Made by a program: the position numbers and the translations under genes. DNA of 64,000 bases from Patescibacteria group bacterium. Lineage in GTDB: Bacteria; Patescibacteriota; Patescibacteriia; GWA2-46-9. The stretch covers positions 111,025-175,024 of the forward strand of contig JBAYUF010000003.1 in NCBI GenBank assembly GCA_041675205.1, read 5' to 3'. Under the pieces are notes generated by a model. That model was not told where the DNA came from. It did not search any database and saw nothing but the letters and a program-made list of their open reading frames with translations. Shown in pieces: positions 45,497 through 55,580 of this stretch. Position 1 is the first letter of the stretch. Each line of letters begins with the position of its first letter.

Positions 45497-47185
45497 ATGC
45501 CTGTTTTCTTTTTGCAGCTCACCGCAATTTTAGCAATCGCAACGGTGCTATCCGTTGTGATGCGTCGACTGGGACAACCGCTCATGGTTGGCTACCTCAT
45601 CACCGGTATGGTGGTCGGCCCTTTTGTTTTGGGAATTGTGCATGAAAATGATGCGGTGGATACCTTTGCTAGCATTGGCGTAGCGCTACTTCTATTTCTA
45701 GTTGGGTTACGACTGAAGCCGCAGATGATTAGAGAGATTGGCCACATGGCCGTGTTCGCAGGTCTTGGCCAAATTATCTTTACTTCAGGCGTTGGTTTTT
45801 TAATTGCCCTGGCGCTTAATTTTAGTTGGCTGACGGCGCTCTATTTGTCGGTGGCGTTCACGTTCTCAAGCACCATCGTTATCTTGCAGCTCCTCTATAC
45901 AAAAGAAGAGCAAGACAGTCTCCATGGTCGTCTGGCTACGGGTGTCATGCTGGTGCAAGACGTCGTGGCCATGATTATCTTTCTTTTTCTGTCGAGCGCA
46001 CCCGAGGGAGCGACCGCCTCAGTTTTTGTTGCGACGATTCTCATCAAGATTACGCTCATTATCACGAGCGTCTACATTCTTTCTGCGTATGTGGTGCCGA
46101 GAATAGATAAATACTTTGCCCAAACGAGAGAGATTCTGTTCCTTTTTGGTTTAACGTGCTGCTTTGTCTTCGCAACTGCTTTTGCTAGTCTTGGCTTTTC
46201 ATATGAGTTAGGTGCTTTACTCGCTGGCGTTCTTCTTTCGGCGTCTCCATATCAGCGGGAGCTAGCGGCGAGCGTCAATACGCTGCGCGATTTTTTCCTC
46301 GTTATGTTTTTTGTGGTTCTTGGAACGCACGTTTCTCTCTCCACCTTTGAGGCAAACTGGGTATGGATTAGTGTTTTTTCAGCTTTCATTCTGATAGGGA
46401 ACCCTTTTATTGTGATGCTTCTCCTCCGGCCCGCCGGCTATACCCTTCGAACGAGCTTCTACACTGGTCTCACGGTGGCGCAAATTAGTGAATTCTCGCT
46501 CATTCTCATTGCAACCGGCGCGGCGCTTGGTCACATACCAACAGAGTTGTTTGGACCAGTGGCAATCATCGGCATCATTACGATATTCTTTTCCTCATAT
46601 TTCATGATGCACAGTCGTAGCATTTTCAATTTTCTTGAACCAATGCTCGTGTTCTTTTTTGGTAAAGACGACGTTACGCCAACCGCTGACCTACCAAAAA
46701 CATGCGACACCATACTTTTTGGTTGCCATCGACTCGGCCGAGGGTTGGTGACCACCCTAAAGACAATGCGCAGAAACTTTATTGTCGTAGAACACAATCC
46801 ACAAATTACAAACCAGTTGGAGCAGGAGAACGTGCCGTACATTTTTGGTTCGGCTGACGACCCGCACCTCGTCGCTGATTTGCCACTCGCGAACGTGAAG
46901 CTGGCCATATCGACAATTCCAGACTTGGAAACAAATATAACCTTGCTCAGCCGACTCAGAGCAAAGAATCAGAAATTAATTTTTATTTGTGCGGCGTACC
47001 AAGAGGCAGATGCCGAACAGCTATATCTCCATGGGGCGACCTACGTGGTTATACCACCATACTTGGGCCGTCGGTATCTCGGCGATATTCTCAAAGCGCA
47101 TAAACTTAATACGGCCGGTTATAACAAAGAGCGTCTCCGACACCAGAAAGACATTCGTTACATTCGTGATACTATACGCATATAA
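45497..47185 (+). CDS. CPA2-family monovalent cation/H+ antiporter with C-terminal RCK (TrkA-N) domain
   Basis: The N-terminus (LTAILAIATVLSVVMRRLGQPLMVGYLITGMVVGP) is KefB/NapA-like. About 12 TMs precede a Rossmann-like C-terminal domain. Confidence 0.8.
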   Translation: MPVFFLQLTAILAIATVLSVVMRRLGQPLMVGYLITGMVVGPFVLGIVHENDAVDTFASIGVALLLFLVGLRLKPQMIREIGHMAVFAGLGQIIFTSGVGFLIALALNFSWLTALYLSVAFTFSSTIVILQLLYTKEEQDSLHGRLATGVMLVQDVVAMIIFLFLSSAPEGATASVFVATILIKITLIITSVYILSAYVVPRIDKYFAQTREILFLFGLTCCFVFATAFASLGFSYELGALLAGVLLSASPYQRELAASVNTLRDFFLVMFFVVLGTHVSLSTFEANWVWISVFSAFILIGNPFIVMLLLRPAGYTLRTSFYTGLTVAQISEFSLILIATGAALGHIPTELFGPVAIIGIITIFFSSYFMMHSRSIFNFLEPMLVFFFGKDDVTPTADLPKTCDTILFGCHRLGRGLVTTLKTMRRNFIVVEHNPQITNQLEQENVPYIFGSADDPHLVADLPLANVKLAISTIPDLETNITLLSRLRAKNQKLIFICAAYQEADAEQLYLHGATYVVIPPYLGRRYLGDILKAHKLNTAGYNKERLRHQKDIRYIRDTIRI

Positions 47186-47197
47186 GTAAATTTCACT

Positions 47198-48277
47198 ATG
47201 TTTAAAAAATACAGAAACCTATTTTTAGCTATCAGCCTGGTTGTACTCATTACCGGTGGTTACGCAGTTACTACGACAGCGCTTCGCGCCGGCGTAACAC
47301 CGAGCGTGGAGGAAGAGGCATTTATCGCCACAATTGCTAAGGCGTTACCCAGTGTGGTGAGTGTCGTTGGCCTTCAAGAACAAAATGGTGTGCGATCTGT
47401 AGTGTCACGGGGTTCTGGTTTTTTTGCTACCAAAGACGGGTTGGTGTTTACCAACCGTCATGTGGTTGAGTCTGTGGGGGTAACGTACCGGGTTTTCCTT
47501 GGAGATGGTCGTCGTTTTACTGTGGATAGTCTGGCCATCGACCCGCTTAACGACATCGCTATTTTGAAAATAAAGGGAACAAATTTCCAACCACTGCCAT
47601 TCGCTGATTCTGACAAGTTGCAGATTGGCGCTACCGTGATGACGATAGGCAATTCACTCGGTCAGTATCAAAACAGTGTAACGCGAGGCGTGGTTAGTGG
47701 TTTAAATCGATCTCTTTCCGCAAGTAATGATGCCACTGGCGGCACCGAAACCTACGAAGATGCTATTCAAACAGACGCAGCTATTAACCCTGGAAATTCA
47801 GGTGGACCACTCGTTAACTCTCGTGGTGAAGTCGTTGGTATAAATAGTGCCGTCAATCGTCAAGGCAATGGGGTTGGCTTTGCGGTTCCTATCAATAATG
47901 CGGCCCAAGCGCTGAAATCGTACCAGAAGCATGGTCGCATTGTTCGTCCGTACGTCGGTGTTCGTTACCTTACGGTTACCCCAGACATTCAAGAAGAGAA
48001 GCGATTAGCGCAGGACTATGGGGCATTGGTGAGCGCCGGCGACATTCCTGCACCAGCCGTGCTCGCCGGTTCGCCGGCTGATAAAGCTGGATTAAAAGAG
48101 AACGACGTCATACTAACCGTGAATGGTGTACTCGTTCGCGGCCAAAACACACTGAAGCGTATGGTTGGAAAATTTAACCCAGGTGACACGCTCACGCTAC
48201 TCGTTAATCGAGGTGGAAAAATTGTAACGATTTCACTGACGCTTTCAGAGCTTGATTCGAAGCCGACGGGACAGTAG
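47198..48277 (+). CDS. htrA: HtrA/DegP-family serine protease with one PDZ domain
   Basis: The catalytic triad context (TNRHVV; DIAILKI; GNSGGPL) and a C-terminal PDZ domain are present, with an N-terminal TM anchor. Confidence 0.85.
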   Translation: MFKKYRNLFLAISLVVLITGGYAVTTTALRAGVTPSVEEEAFIATIAKALPSVVSVVGLQEQNGVRSVVSRGSGFFATKDGLVFTNRHVVESVGVTYRVFLGDGRRFTVDSLAIDPLNDIAILKIKGTNFQPLPFADSDKLQIGATVMTIGNSLGQYQNSVTRGVVSGLNRSLSASNDATGGTETYEDAIQTDAAINPGNSGGPLVNSRGEVVGINSAVNRQGNGVGFAVPINNAAQALKSYQKHGRIVRPYVGVRYLTVTPDIQEEKRLAQDYGALVSAGDIPAPAVLAGSPADKAGLKENDVILTVNGVLVRGQNTLKRMVGKFNPGDTLTLLVNRGGKIVTISLTLSELDSKPTGQ

Positions 48278-48280
48278 CGT

Positions 48281-49498
48281 ATGGTGCCAATCCGCATTGT
48301 TGTATTAGGTAGCGGCTTTGGCGGCGTTTATGCGTATCGCCGTTTAGCGAAGTTGCTTCGAGGTCACCAGAATCATGAGCTCACGCTTGTTTCCCGAGAC
48401 AACTATTTTTTGTTCAGCCCCATGCTGCACGAAGTGGCAACTGGTGGTTTAAATCGACACGATATCGTTCAACCCATTCGACAAATTGTACGGGTGGGAG
48501 AAGGTAAGTTTTTGAAGGCAACAGTGACCGGTATCAATGCAGAACTTCAGACGGTGCAAACTGATATGTGTTCATTGCCGTACGATTATTTAGTAGTGGC
48601 GCTCGGTGCTGAAACCAGATTTTCTGACATTCCGGGGGCTAAGGAGTTTACCCTCGGTCTAAAAACGATGCGCGACGCGGTGTGTATTCGTAATCGCGCC
48701 TTGAAGCTACTAGAAGCGGCTAGCGTCACAAAAGACTCCGGAGAGCAAGAAAGACTACTGCGGTGGGTAGTTGTTGGTGGTGGACCAACCGGCGTTGAGC
48801 TAGCACCTGAACTGGTTGATTTAGCAAACGCATACGCACGATCATCGCCAGAATGTCCGATAGAGAAATTAGATGTGCAGCTGTACCACGCCGGCTCCTC
48901 ACTATTACCACAATTTGGAGTACGAACCAGCAACTACGTTAGTCGTCTGTTGCGATTGAAAAGAATCACTGTTCACCTTACTACTGCAATCGAAAGCGTT
49001 GCAGAAAACAGTATTCAAGTTAAAAACAGTGTGATACCTGTTGGTCTGGTTGCCTGGACGGCCGGTATCTCACCGATAACCGTACCAATCACTCCTTTGC
49101 CCGAGCGTGGTACTACCGGGCGCATAATCGTTTCACCAACCCTTTTGGTGCCAAATACCAAGAACGTTTTTGTGGTAGGAGATTTGGCAGGGGTTGATGC
49201 ACCACAAACCGCACAAGCCGCAGTCGAGCAAGCAAAAGTCGCGGCCATGAATATTGTCGCGCTAATAAACAGAACGACACTGCAGGGGTATAGCTACAAG
49301 GAGCAAGGGCTTCTCGTCTCACTTGGGCAATGGAAAGCCGCCGGAACGGTCTATGGCTATTTCATTTCTGGTGCTTTTGCTTGGTGGCTATGGCGGACAG
49401 TATACCTATCAAAATTAGTTGGTACCGCAAATAAAATTCGTGTTGCCATTGATTGGACGCTCAATCTTTTTTACACCCGAGATACCTCAGAAGTATAG
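48281..49498 (+). CDS. ndh: type II NADH dehydrogenase (NDH-2) / FAD-dependent pyridine nucleotide-disulfide oxidoreductase
   Basis: Two GxGxxG dinucleotide motifs (VVLGSGFGG; VVVGGGPTGVE). Confidence 0.75.
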   Translation: MVPIRIVVLGSGFGGVYAYRRLAKLLRGHQNHELTLVSRDNYFLFSPMLHEVATGGLNRHDIVQPIRQIVRVGEGKFLKATVTGINAELQTVQTDMCSLPYDYLVVALGAETRFSDIPGAKEFTLGLKTMRDAVCIRNRALKLLEAASVTKDSGEQERLLRWVVVGGGPTGVELAPELVDLANAYARSSPECPIEKLDVQLYHAGSSLLPQFGVRTSNYVSRLLRLKRITVHLTTAIESVAENSIQVKNSVIPVGLVAWTAGISPITVPITPLPERGTTGRIIVSPTLLVPNTKNVFVVGDLAGVDAPQTAQAAVEQAKVAAMNIVALINRTTLQGYSYKEQGLLVSLGQWKAAGTVYGYFISGAFAWWLWRTVYLSKLVGTANKIRVAIDWTLNLFYTRDTSEV

Positions 49499-49518
49499 CA
49501 ATTTCAATCAAAATTCCT

Positions 49519-49547
49519 TTGACAAGTCGATAAAAAACTTGTACTCT
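49519..49547 (+). promoter_or_regulatory. sigma70-like promoter upstream of greA (TTGACA-17-TACTCT)
   Basis: A consensus -35 hexamer and a TAnnnT -10 hexamer separated by a 17 nt spacer. Confidence 0.4.
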
Positions 49548-49587
49548 GTAGAGAACATATACTTAATGAAAATATCTGGCTGAGACA

Positions 49588-50034
49588 ATGATAACTGAAG
49601 AGGGGAGACAAAAGGCGGAGCGAGAGCTTGCTGATCTGAAAACTCGTTTGCGACCAGAGATTACAGAGCGTATTCGAAGTGCCAAAGAACACGGTGACCT
49701 CAAAGAAAATGCTGAGTACGCTGCGGCCAAAGATGATCAGAGCTTTACGGAAGCGCGGATAAAAGAATTAGAACAACTGCTTCTGTCAGCCGTTAGTGTG
49801 GCACCGACAACGCACGATAGTGTTTCAATTGGTTCGACAGTAACCGTAAAGGACGACGCTGAAAAAATGCAAACGTATATGATTGTTGGTATGAACGAAG
49901 CAGATCCAATACACGGTAAAATTTCTAACGACTCTCCCGTCGGCCAAGCATTACTCCATCGCCGGGTAGGGGATAGTGTGCCTATCGAAACCCCCCGTGG
50001 AAGTCGGGTACTGACTATTGTAGAAATTCGATAG
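49588..50034 (+). CDS. greA: transcription elongation factor GreA
   Basis: An N-terminal coiled coil with the acidic tip (EHGDLKENAEY) and a C-terminal FKBP-like domain. Confidence 0.85.
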   Translation: MITEEGRQKAERELADLKTRLRPEITERIRSAKEHGDLKENAEYAAAKDDQSFTEARIKELEQLLLSAVSVAPTTHDSVSIGSTVTVKDDAEKMQTYMIVGMNEADPIHGKISNDSPVGQALLHRRVGDSVPIETPRGSRVLTIVEIR

Positions 50035-50035
50035 T

Positions 50036-51514
50036 ATGGCGGAACCGCACGACGAGCTAACGACCCGCCGGGCCAGACTCGTGGCACTTAGAGCGGCAGG
50101 AAAAGACCCCTTCCCAAGCACCGTAGAGCGAACGCACGAACTTATAGCACTGCGGGAACAATTTGAAACACTTCTAACTGAAACTGCCACCGTTAGTGTC
50201 GTTGGGCGAGTTCGAAGCATTCGTGAGCACGGTGGATCGACATTTATGACTATCGACGACGGCACGGCCACGATGCAGCTTTACTGCAAGAAAGATGACC
50301 TGGGAGACGACCAGTATGCGGCGCTGCAGACGATAGATGTGGCCGATTTTGTGTCGGCTAGGGGAACCTGTTTTCTCACTAAGCGTCTGGAGCCGTCGGT
50401 ATTGTGCAACGCAGCGCCAATAATTATTACAAAAGCGCTTCGACCGCTGCCTGAGAAATGGCACGGGCTTAGTGACGTTGAGATACGATACCGCAAGCGA
50501 TATCTTGATTTGCTTGTCAACGAACCAGCCAAAAAAACTGCCTTGACTCGTGCGGCGCTACTTCGCGAACTCAGGAACTTCCTTGATGAAAATAGCTACA
50601 TTGAAGTTGAAACGCCTATTCTGCAAGATATTCCAGGTGGCGCAACTGCCAGGCCATTCATGACACACTTTAATGCACTCGACCTCGACATGTACTTACG
50701 AGTAGCGCCCGAGTTATTTTTAAAACGACTACTGGTTGGTGGCATCCCGAAGGTGTATGAAATCGCTCGTTGTTTCCGAAACGAAGGCATAGACCACAGC
50801 CACAACCCCGAGTTTACGCAAGTTGAAATGTACGAGGCCTTTGCGGATTACGAAGCCTACATGCGGTTTGTTGAAAAAATGCTCTCTACTCTGCTGCTGC
50901 GATTAACTGGCGGCATGACGGTGGTGGGCCCGACTGGAGAGACGATTGACTTTACGCCTCCGTACGCACGAAAAGACTGGATGACCACTTTAAATGAAGC
51001 GGCGAAGATAGACGTAGGTGCCCTTGACGACGTGGCACTCAAGGCGTTTATGGAGGAACGAAATATAGATTGTGAAGTAACCGACGGCCGCGGAACATTG
51101 CTCGATAAGACGTACAAGGTTCTCGTGCGACCAAATATTCTGCAGCCGACATTTTTAATTCACCATCCGGTCAGTCTATCGCCATTAGCGAAACGCCTGA
51201 AAGGTAATAGTGAGCTTACCGAACGTTTTCAGCTTGTGCTTGGAGGAGGCATCGAACTTGTAAACGGCTTCTCTGAATTAAACGACCCAGATGATCAACG
51301 TGAGCGCTTTGAAGGGCAAGAAAAATTACGTGATTCGGGCGATGAAGAAGCACATCGCATTGATGAAAATTTCATTACTGCGCTCGAGCACGGTATGCCG
51401 CCGGCGGCTGGCCTTGGCATGGGGATTGACCGCTTGGCGGCCCTTATTACAGGCAACACTACCTTGAAAGAAGTCATCCTTTTCCCGACATTGCGACCAG
51501 AAGCTGAGAACTAA
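50036..51514 (+). CDS. lysS: lysyl-tRNA synthetase (class II)
   Basis: An OB anticodon-binding N-domain and class II motifs (FRNEGIDHSHNPEFT; GGIELVNGFSEL; GLGMGIDRL). Confidence 0.9.
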   Translation: MAEPHDELTTRRARLVALRAAGKDPFPSTVERTHELIALREQFETLLTETATVSVVGRVRSIREHGGSTFMTIDDGTATMQLYCKKDDLGDDQYAALQTIDVADFVSARGTCFLTKRLEPSVLCNAAPIIITKALRPLPEKWHGLSDVEIRYRKRYLDLLVNEPAKKTALTRAALLRELRNFLDENSYIEVETPILQDIPGGATARPFMTHFNALDLDMYLRVAPELFLKRLLVGGIPKVYEIARCFRNEGIDHSHNPEFTQVEMYEAFADYEAYMRFVEKMLSTLLLRLTGGMTVVGPTGETIDFTPPYARKDWMTTLNEAAKIDVGALDDVALKAFMEERNIDCEVTDGRGTLLDKTYKVLVRPNILQPTFLIHHPVSLSPLAKRLKGNSELTERFQLVLGGGIELVNGFSELNDPDDQRERFEGQEKLRDSGDEEAHRIDENFITALEHGMPPAAGLGMGIDRLAALITGNTTLKEVILFPTLRPEAEN

Positions 51515-51516
51515 GT

Positions 51517-51963
51517 ATGCGTAAACGAGTACTCGTTTTTGGTACGTTTGATGTGCTCCACCCAGGACACGTGCGGTTTTTGACGGCCGCTGCCAAATTT
51601 GGTTCGGTAATGGTGGCGTTAACACCAGATACACTTGTAACTACCTACAAAGGGAGGCCACCAGTTAATAGCTATTCCGTGCGGGAGGGTAGACTGCGCG
51701 ATATGGCCGTTGTTACGGATGTTGTGGCTGCCGACAATACACCAAATACGTACGATATAATCGAAAAGCTTCGGCCAGAGGTACTTGTGCTTGGTTACGA
51801 TCAGACTGGCCTCCGTGCTACTATTACAAAAAAGCTATCAGAAACCGAAATCAGCGCCTCAATTCGTATGATTGAAGCCTACCGGTCAGATGTTTATAGG
51901 TCGTCACGACTACGAGCCTTAGCAGAAAAAACGATTTCAACAACTAGTGCCGCAACGGTATGA
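51517..51963 (+). CDS. cytidylyltransferase-family nucleotidyltransferase (TagD/RibL-like, HxGH motif)
   Basis: VLVFGTFDVLHPGHVRFL matches the GTFDxxHxGH signature. Confidence 0.6.
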   Translation: MRKRVLVFGTFDVLHPGHVRFLTAAAKFGSVMVALTPDTLVTTYKGRPPVNSYSVREGRLRDMAVVTDVVAADNTPNTYDIIEKLRPEVLVLGYDQTGLRATITKKLSETEISASIRMIEAYRSDVYRSSRLRALAEKTISTTSAATV

Positions 51964-53240
51964 TAGATATTGACCTTATTAGAAAAGACCCGGAGCAATT
52001 GCGAGCTTCCGTCCGCCGCCGCGGCGGCAATGAAAGTTCGGTCGATGCTTTAATAGCACTTGACAATGAGTGGCGTGAAGCAACTGAGCGGGTTGACGCT
52101 TTGCGCAAAAAGCAAAAAGAACTTTCCGCAAACCGCAACATTGAGGCTGCAAAAGTAAACAAGGAAGAAATTAAAAAAGAGGAGGTTCTCCTTAACGAAG
52201 TTGCGAGTGCGCGACAAACGGCGTGGCGACTTCTTCCAAATATTTTGGCTGATGACGTTCCTGACGGTAAGGATGATAGTGAAAATGTGGTGCTGAGAAA
52301 ATGGGGGAGTGTACCGCCAGTCGTCTTCCCACCAAAGGATCACCTCGCGCTTGGTGAAGCACTTGGCATAATCGATATGGCCAAAGCAGCGGAGATATCT
52401 GGTGCACGCTTTTATTATCTCAAGGGTGATGCAGCACTTTTAGAATTTGCACTCGTGACCCACGCTATGCGGCGGCTTACGAATCGCGAATGGCTGCGGC
52501 CAATTGCTGAGCGTGCAGGCGTGAGTGACAAGCCATTTATACCAGTTGTGCCGCCAGTCATCATCAAGCCAGAAACCTACATTAGAATGGCTCGGCTTAC
52601 GCCCGGCGTAGATGAGGATGAACGCTACTACCTGCCTCAGGATAATCAGTACCTGGTTGGCAGTGCTGAACATAGCCTTGGACCGCTACATATGGATGAG
52701 ACCTTACCGGCCGACAGTGCCCCCATTCGCTATGTTGGTTTTTCGACCTGTTTCAGACGGGAAGCTGGGTCATATGGAAAAGACACGCGCGGCATGATTC
52801 GTGTTCACCAGTTTGATAAAGTTGAAATGGAAAGTTTTACAACGTCAGCCCTGGGTATTGCTGAACAGAATTTTTTTGTTGGTATCCAGGAGGCACTGCT
52901 GCAGGAACTTGGCATCCCACACGAGGTTATTGCGGTATGTACTGGTGACATGGGTTCACCTGACGCAAGACAACTAGATATTAATTGCTGGCTACCAGCC
53001 CAGCAAACGTATCGTGAGACGCATTCAGCAGACTACATGGCCGACTTTCAGGCCAGAAGGCTCGGTACGAGGCTTAAAACAGCTGCGGGTAATGAATTTG
53101 CCCACATGAACGATGGCACTGTTTTTGCCATAAGCCGCATGGTGGTTGCAATACTCGAAAATTTTCAGAATGAAGATGGATCAGTAACGATACCGGAAGT
53201 ATTGCGGGATTTCATGGGGAAAGACACGATAGCCGCATAG
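51960..53240 (+). CDS. serS: seryl-tRNA synthetase
   Basis: An N-terminal coiled-coil arm and class II motifs (FRREAGS; GMIRVHQFDKVE). Confidence 0.9.
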   Translation: MIDIDLIRKDPEQLRASVRRRGGNESSVDALIALDNEWREATERVDALRKKQKELSANRNIEAAKVNKEEIKKEEVLLNEVASARQTAWRLLPNILADDVPDGKDDSENVVLRKWGSVPPVVFPPKDHLALGEALGIIDMAKAAEISGARFYYLKGDAALLEFALVTHAMRRLTNREWLRPIAERAGVSDKPFIPVVPPVIIKPETYIRMARLTPGVDEDERYYLPQDNQYLVGSAEHSLGPLHMDETLPADSAPIRYVGFSTCFRREAGSYGKDTRGMIRVHQFDKVEMESFTTSALGIAEQNFFVGIQEALLQELGIPHEVIAVCTGDMGSPDARQLDINCWLPAQQTYRETHSADYMADFQARRLGTRLKTAAGNEFAHMNDGTVFAISRMVVAILENFQNEDGSVTIPEVLRDFMGKDTIAA

Positions 53241-53250
53241 TAAGTGGTTC

Positions 53251-54081
53251 TTGATGCGAGTATTTACCCGACAGCAAACTCCACCACGGCAACCATTTCC
53301 TGTTCGTTCAAAGCGCCAAACCGTTTCTAGGAAGTCTCGGCTCATTTTTTACATTGTGCTATTGCTTTTGGCGTACGGAACGTTTGGTACCAATTTCTTT
53401 TACGCCCATACCATTACTGTCGAGGGAACAACCTATTTACGACCACAAACTGTTGCTGCTGAAGCAGCGCAGTATTTAGAGAGCCACCCGAGACTTGGTT
53501 TTATTTCCTCAAGATATTTTTTTACGCTTCCAACCCAAAAACTTCGCGAGGCGCTAACCTCTGTTCGGGTGCAACGAATTGAAATTGACCGGCTGCCACC
53601 AGGCGAACTACGCATTCGAATTACTGAAAATATTCCTGTTGCAAACATCACAGCAGCCAACAGGTGGTACGAGGTTGATGTTGCAGGTACGGTTATCGGA
53701 GAGTCATTTGCACCAAAACCGTCTGGCATTAAAATAGCTCTCGTTGACCACATTGACCCTTTGGTAAATGGTTCAGAAGCGCTGCCACCGGAGATTCTTA
53801 GTTGGTTGCAGAGTGCTGACGCGTTACTACCAGTTGACATTCCTGGTATGGCTGCTCTAGAACGAAATTATTTTGTTGATAAAAATAATCTCTATTCAAT
53901 TAGCGTTGTGATGGATGCTGGTTGGTCGCTCCGGCTCAATAGGGAACTACCGATGGATGTGCAAGTTACCAAGCTCAAAGCATTCTATGAAAACCGAATT
54001 GCTAGCAGTAAACCTTGGCCGGGCAGTTTGCGATACATTGATCTCCGTTTCTCAAATACAAGAGTGTACTACCAGGAATAA
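53251..54081 (+). CDS. FtsQ/DivIB-like cell division protein (POTRA)
   Basis: A short cytoplasmic N-terminus and one TM. The POTRA-like segment is IEIDRLPPGELRIRITENIPVANI...YEVDVAGTVIG. Confidence 0.55.
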   Translation: MMRVFTRQQTPPRQPFPVRSKRQTVSRKSRLIFYIVLLLLAYGTFGTNFFYAHTITVEGTTYLRPQTVAAEAAQYLESHPRLGFISSRYFFTLPTQKLREALTSVRVQRIEIDRLPPGELRIRITENIPVANITAANRWYEVDVAGTVIGESFAPKPSGIKIALVDHIDPLVNGSEALPPEILSWLQSADALLPVDIPGMAALERNYFVDKNNLYSISVVMDAGWSLRLNRELPMDVQVTKLKAFYENRIASSKPWPGSLRYIDLRFSNTRVYYQE

Positions 54082-54852
54082 GGTATTCGTAGATTGTGTA
54101 CCGCTGCCGGCCGTTTATTAACGGTATTACATTGCCCCGCTGCTGGCCGTCTATCGACGGCACAACAGACTTAGTAAACATTCCAACACGGTCGGAATGA
54201 TAGCTGTTGTAGCAGGACTACTATCATTGTAAGCATTTTGATATTTCAAAATGTAAATTAATGTTGTGCGACACTTGGCTTGGTTATATTTAGTACGAGT
54301 CAGGGAAGGGGTAGAATAGGTATATCCATCAAAAACATGCACGCTGAGAGCCGTTTAAATGACCCAGGAGGCCGATGAAAGTTGCTATAGGTAAACTAGT
54401 GCTCAAAAGGAATTTTATAGATTCTGAAAGATTATTTATAAACCCGGAAGTTGGCATTTGTCCTGAATGCATATTTAATCTATCCGCCGGACAGAATATG
54501 GGAACGCAACACCTGCAATAGCGATCAGAACAAAAGGTGAACGTATTGGGAACCACGCCGGATATTAAAAGTATTAGTAGAAGCAAAGAAAACCATGATT
54601 GATGTGTCGCATAAGATATATTGTGCGACGTTAGAGTATCTGTTTCCTTAAGCTATTTGAATACTCCCCTTAGGGTTAACCGCGCGGTCAGGTACTGCTG
54701 ACGACATCTTTTTACGTCTTGTTCTTGTTGTGACAACCAAGACGCAATCATCACACGAATATATTTTTAAAGTAGGGCGTTGCAGTGCGAAAATTGAGTG
54801 TGGCGAAACAATTCAAAGAGGTCTCTCCCCTGCCCCATTATTTAATAATGAA
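54082..54852. other. unusually long (~770 nt) non-coding region between convergent genes, containing tandem hairpin repeats
   Basis: No convincing ORF. CCGCTGCCGGCCGT...hairpin and CCGCTGCTGGCCGT...hairpin lie at ~54100-54170. TTGTGCGAC is repeated at ~54264 and ~54616. Confidence 0.4.
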
Positions 54853-55578
54853 CTAGGTCGCTGTTGGGGTTCTCACCATGTAGGTATCATCGTTCTCCTG
54901 GTCGTGACGCACCAAGATAAACACCAATAAAAATGCGGCACAATATAATAGACGAAAAATAACCAGCGCCCAATCGTCAACAATTTTTGCTAGGTCGATA
55001 CCACCGAGTGCCACGTAGAGTAATATGGCGAGGTCATACCAAATTTCATGGTTGTGGCCGTCGGCCTGTTTGTCGTGTCGATGACGAATAATATTAGTGA
55101 GAAGTAAAAGCGCCACAACAGCAATCTCAACTCTGAATATCATACTCGACACTACATTTGCGACAGCCTCAGCCGTAAAAAAGCTGATTGGTGCAAAAAA
55201 TATTCCGCTTGGCTGAAAAAGAAAGTATGTTCCTATAATGCCTGCTATGGCTGCTTGTCCAGCAAGTAGTCGCGCCACCACCTTGCTTCTAAAAACCTTA
55301 ATTCCGACATAGTAAAACAATGGCACACCACTCAAAAAGACAGTGGCTTGACTGAGGACAGATGACTCATAGCGAGGAAAATCTTCAGCGAAGATACCGA
55401 AACCAAAATTACGAATCGCATTTTGCAACCAGAGAAAGCCAGTCGCGAGCCAAAAAAAACTGTACGAACGATACCGATCATTCTCACGTTTCAATAACTC
55501 ATATACGAGTACAAACGCCACGGCAGCAATAACAGCCGTTACAAAACCGTGAAATACAATTCCGATAGCTATAGGCAT
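54853..55578 (-). CDS. hypothetical polytopic membrane protein (7 TM)
   Basis: Hydrophobic helices throughout. No motifs. Confidence 0.5.
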   Translation of the reverse strand: MPIAIGIVFHGFVTAVIAAVAFVLVYELLKRENDRYRSYSFFWLATGFLWLQNAIRNFGFGIFAEDFPRYESSVLSQATVFLSGVPLFYYVGIKVFRSKVVARLLAGQAAIAGIIGTYFLFQPSGIFFAPISFFTAEAVANVVSSMIFRVEIAVVALLLLTNIIRHRHDKQADGHNHEIWYDLAILLYVALGGIDLAKIVDDWALVIFRLLYCAAFLLVFILVRHDQENDDTYMVRTPTAT

Positions 55579-55580
55579 AC

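Noticed and set aside
54329-54586. 85 aa and 63 aa ORFs in the long intergenic region
   Set aside because: They are Cys-rich and low-complexity, with no RBS, and overlap repeat hairpins. They are unlikely to be coding.
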